The notes beneath the pieces were generated by a model. That model was not told where the DNA came from. It saw nothing but the letters and a program-made list of their open reading frames with translations, and did no database searches. This document shows positions 9,481 to 18,826 of a stretch of 64,000 nt of DNA, piece by piece. Made by a program: the position numbers and the translations under genes. The stretch covers positions 3,592 through 67,591 of the forward strand of contig JAFZKK010000150.1 in the NCBI GenBank assembly GCA_017551905.1. The letters are read 5' to 3'. This DNA is from Salinivirgaceae bacterium (GTDB lineage Bacteria; Bacteroidota; Bacteroidia; Bacteroidales; SZUA-534). The stretch's first letter is position 1. Every line of letters begins with the position of its first letter.

Positions 9481-11835
9481 ATGAGAAAATTTATCTGGCT
9501 GTTCGCCTTGTGTGGGCTGACGGCAAAAACAATTGATGTTAAAGCAATTGAGGGAAGTACGCCGCAAGGCAAATTTACGGTGAGCGGTGTCGTTACCGAC
9601 GCTGTGACGGGTGAGGAGATGATTGGAGCAACTGTTTATGTGGCTGAAACCGGCGCCGGAACAATCACCAACGCCTACGGTTTTTACAGTTTGACACTGC
9701 CGCAGGGCAGCTACAATGTTACGGCTAAATTTTTGGGTTATTCGCCAATGACAAAAAACGTGACACTCGACCACAATATCAAACTGAATTTCAGCCTCGA
9801 ACAAGAGACAACCGAGATAGCGCAGGTTGATGTGACCGGCGAGAAGCTTAACCGAAATCTGGAGCACCCCGACATGGGAATGGAAAAATTGCAGATTGCC
9901 ACAATCAAGAGCATTCCGGCGCTGTTCGGTGAGACCGATGTTATCAAGAGCATCCAGTTCCTGCCTGGCGTGGGCACGTCGGGCGAGGGTTTCATTGGCT
10001 ACAACGTCCGCGGTGGCGGCACGGGCCAGAATATGATGCTTTTAGATGAGGCCACAGTTTATAACGCGGCTCACATGTTCGGCATCTTTTCGGTGTTCAA
10101 CAACGACGCGCTCAAAGACGTGAAATTCTACAAAGGCGGTATGCCGGCAGAGTACGGCGGTCGCCTGTCATCGTTGCTCGATGTGCGTATGAAGGAGGGC
10201 AGTCCGCAGAAATTCGGCGTGAACGGCGGCATCGGCTTGTTGTCGAGCCGCTTGACTGTCGATGGCCCGATTCTGAAAGACCGTTGCTCGTTCATCGTGT
10301 CGGGACGCCGTTCGTATATGGATATGTTTTTCCCGCTCTATCGCGACCAGATTCCTGAAGACACCAAGCTATACTTCTACGATATGAACGCCAAGGTGAA
10401 CTTCAAAATCAACGACAACAACCGCGTATTTGCTTCGGGCTATTTTGGCCGCGATGTGATGAACTACGCCGGCGTGATGCAGATTGACTACGGAAACCGC
10501 ACACTTACAACACGTTACAATCACCTGTTCAGCGACCGTCTGTTCGCCAACTTGTCGGCTATCTACTCGCACTTTATGTACGGGCTTGAACAGAACGACA
10601 CGCGCTGGGAGTCGTCGATTAGGGATTGGAACGCGAAGGCTGACTTGACATTCTTCGCCAATCCGCAGAACACGCTTAAGGGCGGCGGTCAGTTCACCTA
10701 CCACAAATTCACGCCGTTTACGGTGAAGACTGGCTCTAACAGCCCAACCTACATGAAGCCGCAGGAGAATCATAACTACTCGTACGAGTGGGCGGCTTAC
10801 CTGTCGCACGAGGCCAAAATCGGCGGTTTGATTGATGTCGATTACGGCGTGCGTTTCTCGGCTTTGCAGAACACGGGCGATGATATGGAACTGGTGTTCG
10901 ACAAAGATTACAACGTGATTGACAGCATAACACACGACGGCGGTATTTACAACACTTACTGCGGAATGGAGCCGCGTCTGTCGGTCAACTGGCGGCTTAC
11001 CGACCAGAGTAGCCTGAAGGTCAATTATCAGAAGACATACCAATATGTGCATCTGGCCAGCACCACCATGTCGCCGCTGCCTATCGACTCGTGGTTTGCC
11101 AGCAACTCAAATGTCAAGCCCGAAAAATGCCGCATGGTTTCGTTGGGCTATTTCCAGAATTTTCAGCAGGATATGTACGCTTTTTCGATTGAGACCTATT
11201 ATAAAAAGATGTACGATGTGGTTGATTTTAAGGAACATGCCGATGTTATGGTGTCGAGCAGTGAGGAGATGGCCAAGCAGATTCGCACCGGACAAGGCTA
11301 TTCATACGGTTTTGAGCTGATGCTGAAAAAGCAGGAGGGAAAATTCACCGGTTGGTTGAGCTACACCTATTCGCGCACCTTCACTAAGGTTGAGACTATC
11401 AACAACAACGAGTATTATCCGTCGAACTACGACAAGCCGCACGACCTTTCGGTGGTTGCCACTTACGATGTTCTGCCGCGTCTGCACTTGTCGCTTAACT
11501 GGGTTTACTCAACCGGCGCGCCGCGTACGTTGCCAACTGGGCGTTTCGAGTATAACGGCATCATTGCGCCTGTCTATGCTGAGCGCAACGCCTTGCGGTT
11601 GCCCGATTTCCACCGTCTCGATTTATCGGCCACCTTCGACTTCAAAACTATTCAACGCAAGGGCAAACCTTGGCTTGAACAGAACTTGAACTTGTCGATT
11701 TACAATGTCTACAACCGTCACAACGCTGCCAGCATCATGTTTGAGCGCGACGAGCACAATCCGTCGGTTATGACAGCTGAGAAACTTTATATGTTCGGCA
11801 TTTTCCCGGCAGTAACCTATAACTTCAAATTCTAA
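9481..11835 (+). CDS. TonB-dependent receptor with N-terminal carboxypeptidase-regulatory-like domain
   Basis: Signal peptide from MRKFIWLFALCGL, a CarboxypepD_reg-like segment (FTVSGVVTDAVTGEEMIGATVYV), a plug motif (DVIKSIQFLPGV), and a beta-barrel ending in the aromatic terminus YNFKF. Confidence 0.9.
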   Translation: MRKFIWLFALCGLTAKTIDVKAIEGSTPQGKFTVSGVVTDAVTGEEMIGATVYVAETGAGTITNAYGFYSLTLPQGSYNVTAKFLGYSPMTKNVTLDHNIKLNFSLEQETTEIAQVDVTGEKLNRNLEHPDMGMEKLQIATIKSIPALFGETDVIKSIQFLPGVGTSGEGFIGYNVRGGGTGQNMMLLDEATVYNAAHMFGIFSVFNNDALKDVKFYKGGMPAEYGGRLSSLLDVRMKEGSPQKFGVNGGIGLLSSRLTVDGPILKDRCSFIVSGRRSYMDMFFPLYRDQIPEDTKLYFYDMNAKVNFKINDNNRVFASGYFGRDVMNYAGVMQIDYGNRTLTTRYNHLFSDRLFANLSAIYSHFMYGLEQNDTRWESSIRDWNAKADLTFFANPQNTLKGGGQFTYHKFTPFTVKTGSNSPTYMKPQENHNYSYEWAAYLSHEAKIGGLIDVDYGVRFSALQNTGDDMELVFDKDYNVIDSITHDGGIYNTYCGMEPRLSVNWRLTDQSSLKVNYQKTYQYVHLASTTMSPLPIDSWFASNSNVKPEKCRMVSLGYFQNFQQDMYAFSIETYYKKMYDVVDFKEHADVMVSSSEEMAKQIRTGQGYSYGFELMLKKQEGKFTGWLSYTYSRTFTKVETINNNEYYPSNYDKPHDLSVVATYDVLPRLHLSLNWVYSTGAPRTLPTGRFEYNGIIAPVYAERNALRLPDFHRLDLSATFDFKTIQRKGKPWLEQNLNLSIYNVYNRHNAASIMFERDEHNPSVMTAEKLYMFGIFPAVTYNFKF

Positions 11836-11839
11836 AACG

Positions 11840-12715
11840 ATGAAACACAACATATTGACAATCGGAATTTTAAGTGCGATTTTCGGAACGGCCTGCACCG
11901 AGAAAATCGACATCGAACTGAACGAGGGCGAGAACAACCGCCTTGTGGTTGAGGGTTATTTTTCGAGCGACACCATGCAGCACAGCGTGCGTCTGACGCG
12001 CTCCACATCGTATTTCTACAATCAGCCGGCACCGGCCGAGTTGGGCGCTGTCGTAACCATTTCTGACGGCGAGGGCAATCTTTTCGTTCTCACCGATGAC
12101 GACAACGATGGCATATATCTGACTGATTCTTCGGCTTTTGGAGTGCCTGGCCGCACCTACACTCTCAATATCAAACTGAAAAATGGCGACGAGTATGAGG
12201 CCAAAGATGAAATGCTGCCTACAAAGCATTTGGACACAGCGCGTTACGAGTATGTTGACGAGATTTATGGTGTCAAAATGGAGGAGCATTTCTATGAGAT
12301 TTACACCACATTCGAGGAGCGCCCGGGCGTACCCGACTCGTATCTTCTTCTTTACTATTTCAACGATTCGTGCTATAACGCCACTTTCACGAACGAGATT
12401 CTTTATGCCCGCGACGGTGCTTCGGTCGATGGCGGCGGCATCTTCGACGATGTGCTGACAATTATGATTGAGGAGGATTCGATACCGAAAAATCCGACAG
12501 TGCGTTTAGATTTGTACACCATAACGGAACCTTATTGTGATTTTCTGATTGAACTGAGCTCGGAAACGATAAACAACAACAGCATTATGCAAGGTCCGCC
12601 GGCCAATATGAGCACCAACATTATAAACAAAAGCGGCGGTGCAAACGGCTTGGGCTATTTCTCGGCCCGCTCACGCAGCACCTTCACATTTAAGATTGAT
12701 AACCGAGAGGATTAA
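11840..12715 (+). CDS. DUF4249-like lipoprotein (partner of the upstream TonB-dependent receptor)
   Basis: Has a lipobox (FGTACTE) and starts 5 nt after the receptor stop. The pattern NRLVVEG...HSVRLTRS fits DUF4249-family proteins that usually follow this receptor type. Confidence 0.7.
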   Translation: MKHNILTIGILSAIFGTACTEKIDIELNEGENNRLVVEGYFSSDTMQHSVRLTRSTSYFYNQPAPAELGAVVTISDGEGNLFVLTDDDNDGIYLTDSSAFGVPGRTYTLNIKLKNGDEYEAKDEMLPTKHLDTARYEYVDEIYGVKMEEHFYEIYTTFEERPGVPDSYLLLYYFNDSCYNATFTNEILYARDGASVDGGGIFDDVLTIMIEEDSIPKNPTVRLDLYTITEPYCDFLIELSSETINNNSIMQGPPANMSTNIINKSGGANGLGYFSARSRSTFTFKIDNRED

Positions 12716-12732
12716 CGGGAGTTTGATATCAA

Positions 12733-13584
12733 ATGATGGCGAAGTCTAAAATATTGACAATCGGAGTTTTAAGTGCGATTTTTGGCACGTCTTGCACCGA
12801 GTCAGTCGACATAAAACTGAACGAGGGCGAAAACAACCGATTGGTGGTTGTCGGTCAGATAACCAACGAGCCGGGGCCGCACAGCGTGCGTCTGACGCGC
12901 TCCACATCGTACTTCTACAACCAGCCAGCGCCAGCCGAGTTGGGCGCCACCGTCACCATTTCCGACGGCGTGCAGACTTTTGTTTTGCTTGACGAAGACA
13001 ACGACGGCACTTATTGGACCGATTCAGCGGCTTGCGGTGTTCCTGGCCGCACCTACACGCTCGACATCCGGCTTAAGAACGGCGAAAGCTACACCGCCAT
13101 CGACAAGATGCCAATCCCAAACCGGTTCGATACCATTTATTACGATTACACCAATGTCGAGTATGGCCTGACGCTGCCGCAGTATCATTATTTCTTCTAC
13201 GCTTCGTTCACCGAGCAAAAAGGTGTCGACGACTGTTATATGATTTATGTCTATTTCAACGATTCGTGCTATAACTCTAATTTTGAGGATGTTAAATGGG
13301 CATACGCTGGCGATATTTACGACGGTTGCGGACTTTTTGAGGATGTTCTGATATGCGATGCCAACGAAGATTCAATCCCTAAAAAGCCCGAGGCGCGGTT
13401 CGATTTGTTCTCAGTAAGCAGCAATTACAATCAGTTTATCAACGACATAAGCTCCGAAACATTTGGCAACGCTACAATTCTTCAAGGCCCTCCGGCAAAC
13501 ATCCGTTCGAATATCAGCAACGGCGCGCTCGGATTCTTCTGCGCCAAATCGACAACCAAGCCGTATAGGCTGAGGTTAGAGTAG
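12733..13584 (+). CDS. second DUF4249-like lipoprotein, tandem paralog
   Basis: Has a lipobox (FGTSCTE). The N-terminal ~125 aa are highly similar to the preceding gene, including a 23-aa identical block HSVRLTRSTSYFYNQPAPAELGA. The C-terminal half is diverged. Confidence 0.7.
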   Translation: MMAKSKILTIGVLSAIFGTSCTESVDIKLNEGENNRLVVVGQITNEPGPHSVRLTRSTSYFYNQPAPAELGATVTISDGVQTFVLLDEDNDGTYWTDSAACGVPGRTYTLDIRLKNGESYTAIDKMPIPNRFDTIYYDYTNVEYGLTLPQYHYFFYASFTEQKGVDDCYMIYVYFNDSCYNSNFEDVKWAYAGDIYDGCGLFEDVLICDANEDSIPKKPEARFDLFSVSSNYNQFINDISSETFGNATILQGPPANIRSNISNGALGFFCAKSTTKPYRLRLE

Positions 13585-13615
13585 GGGCGGAAATAATTGC
13601 AAGGTTTGAAAAAAA

Positions 13616-13641
13616 CAAAGCCGCAGTTTCTTGCGGCTTTG
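13616..13641. terminator. bidirectional hairpin terminator between convergent genes
   Basis: A perfect 10-bp stem, CAAAGCCGCA / TGCGGCTTTG, with a 6-nt loop. It is flanked by an A-run on one side and T-rich sequence on the other. Confidence 0.6.
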
Positions 13642-13663
13642 CTATTTATGCACATCTCAAAGA

Positions 13664-14485
13664 CTATTTAAAATCCTCAGCCTTAAGCGGCGGCAAGTGC
13701 ATCCCGACGTAAACAAGATTGTTGTCGGCGGCGTATTTGAGCAGACGGCGGCGGCTCTCGATAGAGTTCGCTTTGTCGGCATCGAACGACGCGCAAATGT
13801 CGGGGTTGACAAGTTGTAAGGCGGCACCGTGCATCAAATCGCCAATCACAAGCAGACGACCACTTTGGAATGCGGTGTGGCCAGGCGTGTGGCCTTTGGC
13901 ATCAATCGCAACGACGCCCATTGGCAGTGTGTCGCCAAAATTGAACAGGTGCAGATTAGCCTCGTACGCCTTCATTGTGTTGATTTGCTGCGCGTTCTGA
14001 CCAGGCTCGGCATTGGTTACCCAAGCGTCGTATTCAAGTTGTGCGGCATAAACCTGCGCATTCGGGAAAACAACAGTGTCGCCTTTGAGCATTCCACCAA
14101 TGTGGTCGCCGTGGAAATGGGTAATGAACAGATAATCAATTGCTGACGGCGGTACGCCCAGCGAATCGAGACGGCGCAGAAGGTTGCCACCCATACCAGT
14201 GTCGAACAGCAGATTTTTGCCATTGACTTGCACCAAAAAGGCACTCATCGACGCAGAAACACCATCACGGACGCCAAGGCTGTCAATCATTGCCGAGTCG
14301 GCACCAACAAACAACTGCACGGGCATCAAACGAAGCCCCGTGTTGTCTTGAATCCACGTAACTTTCTGACCGTCAAGATTGAATGACAGAACCTCACCGT
14401 TTGTGGCGGCTTGCTTCACTTGTGTTGCCTGCGAACACGCCATCAGGCACGTTGCGGCAATCATAAAAACTGAAATCTTTTTCAT
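13664..14485 (-). CDS. MBL-fold metallo-hydrolase, lipoprotein
   Basis: Signal/lipobox LMACSQ and the metallo-beta-lactamase HxHxDH motif (THFHGDHIGG), with a downstream GHTPGH. Confidence 0.8.
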   Translation of the reverse strand: MKKISVFMIAATCLMACSQATQVKQAATNGEVLSFNLDGQKVTWIQDNTGLRLMPVQLFVGADSAMIDSLGVRDGVSASMSAFLVQVNGKNLLFDTGMGGNLLRRLDSLGVPPSAIDYLFITHFHGDHIGGMLKGDTVVFPNAQVYAAQLEYDAWVTNAEPGQNAQQINTMKAYEANLHLFNFGDTLPMGVVAIDAKGHTPGHTAFQSGRLLVIGDLMHGAALQLVNPDICASFDADKANSIESRRRLLKYAADNNLVYVGMHLPPLKAEDFK

Positions 14486-14491
14486 AATTCA

Positions 14492-15487
14492 CTATTTTAA
14501 AATCATTGCTTCAAATCCTTTGGAATACAGCGTTTTAAGTTCGCCGTCGGGTGCGGAATAAATCAGGTAGTAGTCGATTTCGGGCAGAGTGTCGCACATC
14601 TGCGCGGCGCGTTCGGTACCCAGCACCATACAAGCGGTGGCAAGGGCGTCGGTGGTAATGCAGTCGGGGCCGACGATTGACGCGCTCAACAGATTGCTCT
14701 GCACCGGATAGCCCGTGGCGGGATTGATTGTGTGCGAGTATTTTACGCCGTCCTCGATAAAAAACTTATGGTAATTGCCTGACGTTGAAAGACTTCGGTT
14801 GTCGAGACTGACAATTGTCTGCAACTCACGGTTGAGCATCGCCGTGGTATCGTCGATAGGTTTGTCGACCCCGATGCGCCACACTTTTCCTTTGGCGTTC
14901 AAGCCTTTAGCCCGCACCTCGCCGCCAATCTCAACCATATAGTCGTTAATGCCCATCTGCTCAAACATTTCGGCAATGAAATCGACCGACTGACCTTGTG
15001 CCAAACAATTGGCGTTCAATTGAATGCGTGGGTCGGCTTTTATGATACGGTTGCCTTCGATTCGGATTTTTGTGTAACCGCAAAACTCGCGCAGACTATC
15101 GATAAGTTGCTGACTGACACGCTCTTTGTTGCCAAAGCCGAAGCCCCAAGCGTTGACAATCGGGCTGACGGTAATATCCATCGCTCCGCCAGTGATTTCC
15201 GAAATCTCCAACGCGCGACGCAGACAATTCAGAAACAGAGTGTCATCGGTTTCGGTTATCTGATTGGTATTCACGCGGCTGATTGTCGATTCGGCCATAT
15301 AGGCACTCAACGACGTGTCGAAGCGGTGCAACTGATTGAGAATAGTCGCACCAAGGTCGGTTTTGTGCTTATACACAATATGATACGAAGTACCTTGAAT
15401 AAGCCCGTCGCTTGTATAGTAACTCGCAATCGGCGATGTGCAGGCGACAAAAGCAATCGCAATAAACGGAAAAAAGAGTTTTTTCAT
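14492..15487 (-). CDS. apbE: FAD:protein FMN transferase (ApbE family)
   Basis: A 331-aa lipoprotein (FVACTS) with ApbE-like sequence throughout (GGAMDITVSP, SLSTSGNY). Its position next to nqr fits the flavinylation of NqrB and NqrC. Confidence 0.85.
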   Translation of the reverse strand: MKKLFFPFIAIAFVACTSPIASYYTSDGLIQGTSYHIVYKHKTDLGATILNQLHRFDTSLSAYMAESTISRVNTNQITETDDTLFLNCLRRALEISEITGGAMDITVSPIVNAWGFGFGNKERVSQQLIDSLREFCGYTKIRIEGNRIIKADPRIQLNANCLAQGQSVDFIAEMFEQMGINDYMVEIGGEVRAKGLNAKGKVWRIGVDKPIDDTTAMLNRELQTIVSLDNRSLSTSGNYHKFFIEDGVKYSHTINPATGYPVQSNLLSASIVGPDCITTDALATACMVLGTERAAQMCDTLPEIDYYLIYSAPDGELKTLYSKGFEAMILK

Positions 15488-15504
15488 ACCAATATTATTC
15501 TTAA

Positions 15505-16059
15505 TCAGTAGCCACGCTTATCTTTTCGGGCTTTTGTCATACGCTCGCGCAAACCGCCTTCATTAATAAAATCTTGTTCCAAACGGCGGATTTGTTGGTC
15601 AAGCAGATAATTGCATTGGTTAATATGGCATAGAATTATGTTGGCACATACAATTTCATCTCGACTCTCAAGAAACTCACGGTATGTCTCAAACGATTCG
15701 TTGGGTTTGTAAGCCAACTTTCTCACATACAAAGCTTGGGTACTATTCTTATCCCATATTTCTCCTTTGTGGCTTCTGATAAAATCTTTGTAATCTTCCA
15801 ATAATTCTTCAAGGCTTGCGCGTGCCACATTGGTTAGTTTTATCTCAGTTTCCTTCGAAGTCCCCGAAGCCATCGAGCCTTCGATAATATTCTGCTTGCC
15901 AGAACGTGCAGCCTGCTCCATTTGGTCTACAGTGCGGTCACGGCTATTCATAAATCGCTGACAGAAAAGTATTGTGGCATCATACACTATCAACGACTTT
16001 TTATAAGAAAGCAATTCTTTATAGTTGCCGTGTGGTGGTATAAAACCTTGTTCAGGCAT
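15505..16059 (-). CDS. four-helix-bundle protein (23S rRNA intervening-sequence protein family) with C-terminal suffix domain
   Basis: The pattern YKKSLIVYDATILFCQRF ... QMEQAARSGKQNIIEG ... ARASLEELLEDY is typical of TIGR02436-type four-helix-bundle proteins. It is a single gene lying between nqrF and apbE. Confidence 0.7.
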   Translation of the reverse strand: MPEQGFIPPHGNYKELLSYKKSLIVYDATILFCQRFMNSRDRTVDQMEQAARSGKQNIIEGSMASGTSKETEIKLTNVARASLEELLEDYKDFIRSHKGEIWDKNSTQALYVRKLAYKPNESFETYREFLESRDEIVCANIILCHINQCNYLLDQQIRRLEQDFINEGGLRERMTKARKDKRGY

Positions 16060-16082
16060 AGTGCTTTTGTTTTATATTTTGA

Positions 16083-16090
16083 CAAATGTA
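16083..16090 (-). promoter_or_regulatory. candidate -7 promoter box (TAcaTTTG) for the four-helix-bundle gene
   Basis: The reverse strand reads TACATTTG 23 nt upstream of ATG 16059. Confidence 0.4.
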
Positions 16091-16124
16091 GAAAAAAAAC
16101 TACCAATCAGCGCTATTATAAGTC

Positions 16125-16158
16125 GGATATGTCCTATAGGACAAATTGGACATATACC
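16125..16158. promoter_or_regulatory. nested inverted repeats / 14-bp perfect palindrome TGTCCTATAGGACA
   Basis: 16130..16143 is a perfect palindrome. The flanking arms GGATATGTCC (16125..16134) and GGACATATACC (16148..16158) are nearly complementary, giving three GGACA/TGTCC half-sites between the nqr terminator and the downstream promoter. Confidence 0.35.
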
Positions 16159-16189
16159 CAAAGTACTTGAGTCAGCACCCAACAACAAA

Positions 16190-16224
16190 AAATCCCCGCC
16201 ACCCAAATCAGGTAGCGGGGATTT
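16190..16224 (-). terminator. Rho-independent terminator of the nqr operon
   Basis: Arms AAATCCCCGC / GCGGGGATTT around a 15-nt loop. On the minus strand the hairpin is followed by TTTTTGTTGTT and lies 23 nt after the nqrF stop. Confidence 0.75.
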
Positions 16225-16246
16225 CAAATATCCATATTCAGCAGAA

Positions 16247-17518
16247 TTATCCGCCGAAGTTGTCGAAGTGAATCATCTCGTCCTCAACGCCAAGGCTGTA
16301 GAGCAGGTCGAGAACGGTTTTGGCCATCATCGGGGGACCGCACAGGTAGTACTCAATATCTTCGGGCTCCTCGTGTGCCTTCAGATAGGTGTCGCCCATA
16401 ACGGGTGCAATGAAGCCAGCGGTGTACTTGATTCCAAGGTTGTCGGCCTTGGGGTCGGGACGGTCGAGAGCCAGGTGGAAATGGAAGTTCGGGTACTCCT
16501 TCTCCAGCTCAAGGAAGTCCTCAAGGAAGAAGACCTCGTCGATAGCGCGGGCACCGTAGAAGTAGTGCATCTCACGGTCGCGGGTGTGCAGGGTTTTAAG
16601 CATATGCATAATCTGCGCACGCAGCGGGGCCATACCGGCGCCACCACCAACCCAAATCATCTCGCGCTTGCTGTCGAAAATCGGGTGGAAATCGCCGTAA
16701 GGACCGCTCATTATCACCTTGTCGCCCGGTTTCAGGCTGAAAATGTAGGTTGAAGCAATGCCGCAGGGCACGTCCATAAAGCCCGGACCCTGGTCTTTCG
16801 GCTTGAACGGCGGTGTGGCGATACGCACGGTGAGCGTGATAATGTCGCCCTCGTCGGGATAGTTGGCCATTGAGTAGGCGCGGATTGTCGGGGTGTCGTT
16901 CTTTTGGTGAAGGTTGAACAACCCGAATTTCTCCCAAACAGGCACGTACAGGTCGCCGATAAGACTGCGGTCGTAGTCGGCGTAGTTGATATCGTACTCC
17001 GGGATTTTGATTTGCGCGTACGAGCCCGGAATAAAGTCCATATGCTCGCCGGCGGGCAGTTTCACCTTGAACTCCTTGATAAACGAAGCCACGTTGCGGT
17101 TGCTGATAACCTCGCACTCCCACTCTTTGACGCCAAGCACCGACTCCGGCACTTTGATTTTCATATCGCTCTTGACCTTTGCCTGACAGCCCAGACGCCA
17201 GTGGTCTTTAATCTGTTTGCGGGTGAAATGGCCCTTTTCAGAGTCGAGAATCTCACCGCCGCCTTCAAGAATTTGGCACTTGCACTGTCCGCACGAGCCC
17301 TTGCCGCCGCAGGCCGAAGGCAGGAAGATTCCCTCGTTGGCGAGTGTCGAGAGCAGGCTCGAACCCGACTCAACTTCAACCTCCTTGTCGCCGTTAATGG
17401 TGATTTTCACCTTGCCCGAAACCACAAGGTATCGCTTTGCGACAAGCAAGATTGCCACAAGCAAAAGGATTATGACAAGAAACACACAAATGCTTGCCAA
17501 TATTAATTTCATATCCAT
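16247..17518 (-). CDS. nqrF: Na+-translocating NADH:quinone oxidoreductase subunit F
   Basis: N-terminal TM helix, 2Fe-2S ferredoxin Cys cluster (CGGKGSCGQCKC), an FAD-binding RAYSMAN motif and an NADH-binding GGGAGMAP motif. Confidence 0.95.
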   Translation of the reverse strand: MDMKLILASICVFLVIILLLVAILLVAKRYLVVSGKVKITINGDKEVEVESGSSLLSTLANEGIFLPSACGGKGSCGQCKCQILEGGGEILDSEKGHFTRKQIKDHWRLGCQAKVKSDMKIKVPESVLGVKEWECEVISNRNVASFIKEFKVKLPAGEHMDFIPGSYAQIKIPEYDINYADYDRSLIGDLYVPVWEKFGLFNLHQKNDTPTIRAYSMANYPDEGDIITLTVRIATPPFKPKDQGPGFMDVPCGIASTYIFSLKPGDKVIMSGPYGDFHPIFDSKREMIWVGGGAGMAPLRAQIMHMLKTLHTRDREMHYFYGARAIDEVFFLEDFLELEKEYPNFHFHLALDRPDPKADNLGIKYTAGFIAPVMGDTYLKAHEEPEDIEYYLCGPPMMAKTVLDLLYSLGVEDEMIHFDNFGG

Positions 17519-17536
17519 TGTTTTACGTCTTTACAA

Positions 17537-18169
17537 TTACATTTTCAAGCCAGAGAAACACATAAACGACATAGCCATCAGACCTACAGTAATGAAGGTA
17601 ATGCCAAGTCCGCGCAAAGGCGCCGGAACGTTGGAATATGCCATTTTCTCGCGAATGGCCGCAAGAGCCACAATAGCCAGCAGCCAGCCGATACCCGAGC
17701 CGAGCGCGTAAACAACGGCGCTGCCCACCGAGCCGATATATTTCGGGTCGGACGGTGCAAGGCCGATACGCTGTTGCATAAACAGCGACGCACCCATAAT
17801 GGCGCAGTTGACGGCAATCAGCGGCAGGAATATGCCCAGCGACGCATAAAGCGACGGGCTGAACCGCTCGACAACCATCTCAACCAACTGCACAATGCCC
17901 GCAATCACACCAATAAAGAGTATGAAACTCAAGAAACTCAAGTCGACGCCCTCTACAAGGCAGTTCGGCCCCAGCACTTTGGTCTGAAGCAGGTAGTTGA
18001 CCGGAAGTGTAACCACCAGAACAAAAGTCACGGCAATGCCTAATCCCAGCGCTGTCTTCACAGTTTTCGACACAGCCAGGTATGAGCACATACCCAGGAA
18101 GAAGGCGAATATCATATTGTCCACGAATATCGAGCGGACAAACAAACTAATCAAACTGTTATCCATCAT
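17537..18169 (-). CDS. nqrE: Na+-NQR subunit E
   Basis: A 210-aa polytopic membrane protein with NqrE/RnfA-like sequence, in its operon position between nqrD and nqrF. Confidence 0.9.
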   Translation of the reverse strand: MMDNSLISLFVRSIFVDNMIFAFFLGMCSYLAVSKTVKTALGLGIAVTFVLVVTLPVNYLLQTKVLGPNCLVEGVDLSFLSFILFIGVIAGIVQLVEMVVERFSPSLYASLGIFLPLIAVNCAIMGASLFMQQRIGLAPSDPKYIGSVGSAVVYALGSGIGWLLAIVALAAIREKMAYSNVPAPLRGLGITFITVGLMAMSFMCFSGLKM

Positions 18170-18187
18170 TCTTTAGTTTTAATGGTT

Positions 18188-18814
18188 CTACTTCTGTTGC
18201 AAATCCTTGTTGTGAGCGCGCTGCCACCAGATAATGCAGGCCACAATGATAAGCGCCATCGGCGGCATCAGCATCAGGCCGTTGTTCACATAACCGGCGC
18301 CTGCCACGCAGTCGTAGTTCAGAATGTTGATTCCGAACAGCGTGCCCGAGCCGAACAACTCGCGGAAGAACGCTACAATAATCAGTATTTTGGCGTAGCC
18401 CAGACCGTTGCCTATACCGTCAAGGAACGACGGCCACGGCTCGTTCTGCATTGCGAACGCCTCAAGACGTCCCATCAAAATACAGTTGGTGATAATCAGA
18501 CCCACGTAAACCGAAAGCTGAACGCTGATGTCGTAGGCGAAAGCCTTGAGCACCTCGCTCACAATGGTTACCAGAGCGGCTACCACAACAAGTTGCACAA
18601 TGATGCGGATTCGCAGGGGAATGGTCTTGCGAAGGCACGAAATAACCACATTTGACAGGGCGGTGATGATTGTCACCGAAATGCCCATCACAATTGCCGG
18701 CATCAGCTTTGCCGTTACGGCCAGTGCCGAGCAGATACCCAGCACCTGCACCGTTACAGGGTTGTTCAAGCCAAGCGGTGTCAGAAACGCTTCTTTATTC
18801 TTTTTCGAACTCAT
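18188..18814 (-). CDS. nqrD: Na+-NQR subunit D
   Basis: A 208-aa membrane protein starting NPVTVQVLGICSALAVT, typical of NqrD/RnfE. Confidence 0.9.
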   Translation of the reverse strand: MSSKKNKEAFLTPLGLNNPVTVQVLGICSALAVTAKLMPAIVMGISVTIITALSNVVISCLRKTIPLRIRIIVQLVVVAALVTIVSEVLKAFAYDISVQLSVYVGLIITNCILMGRLEAFAMQNEPWPSFLDGIGNGLGYAKILIIVAFFRELFGSGTLFGINILNYDCVAGAGYVNNGLMLMPPMALIIVACIIWWQRAHNKDLQQK

Positions 18815-18826
18815 AACTCAATCCTC

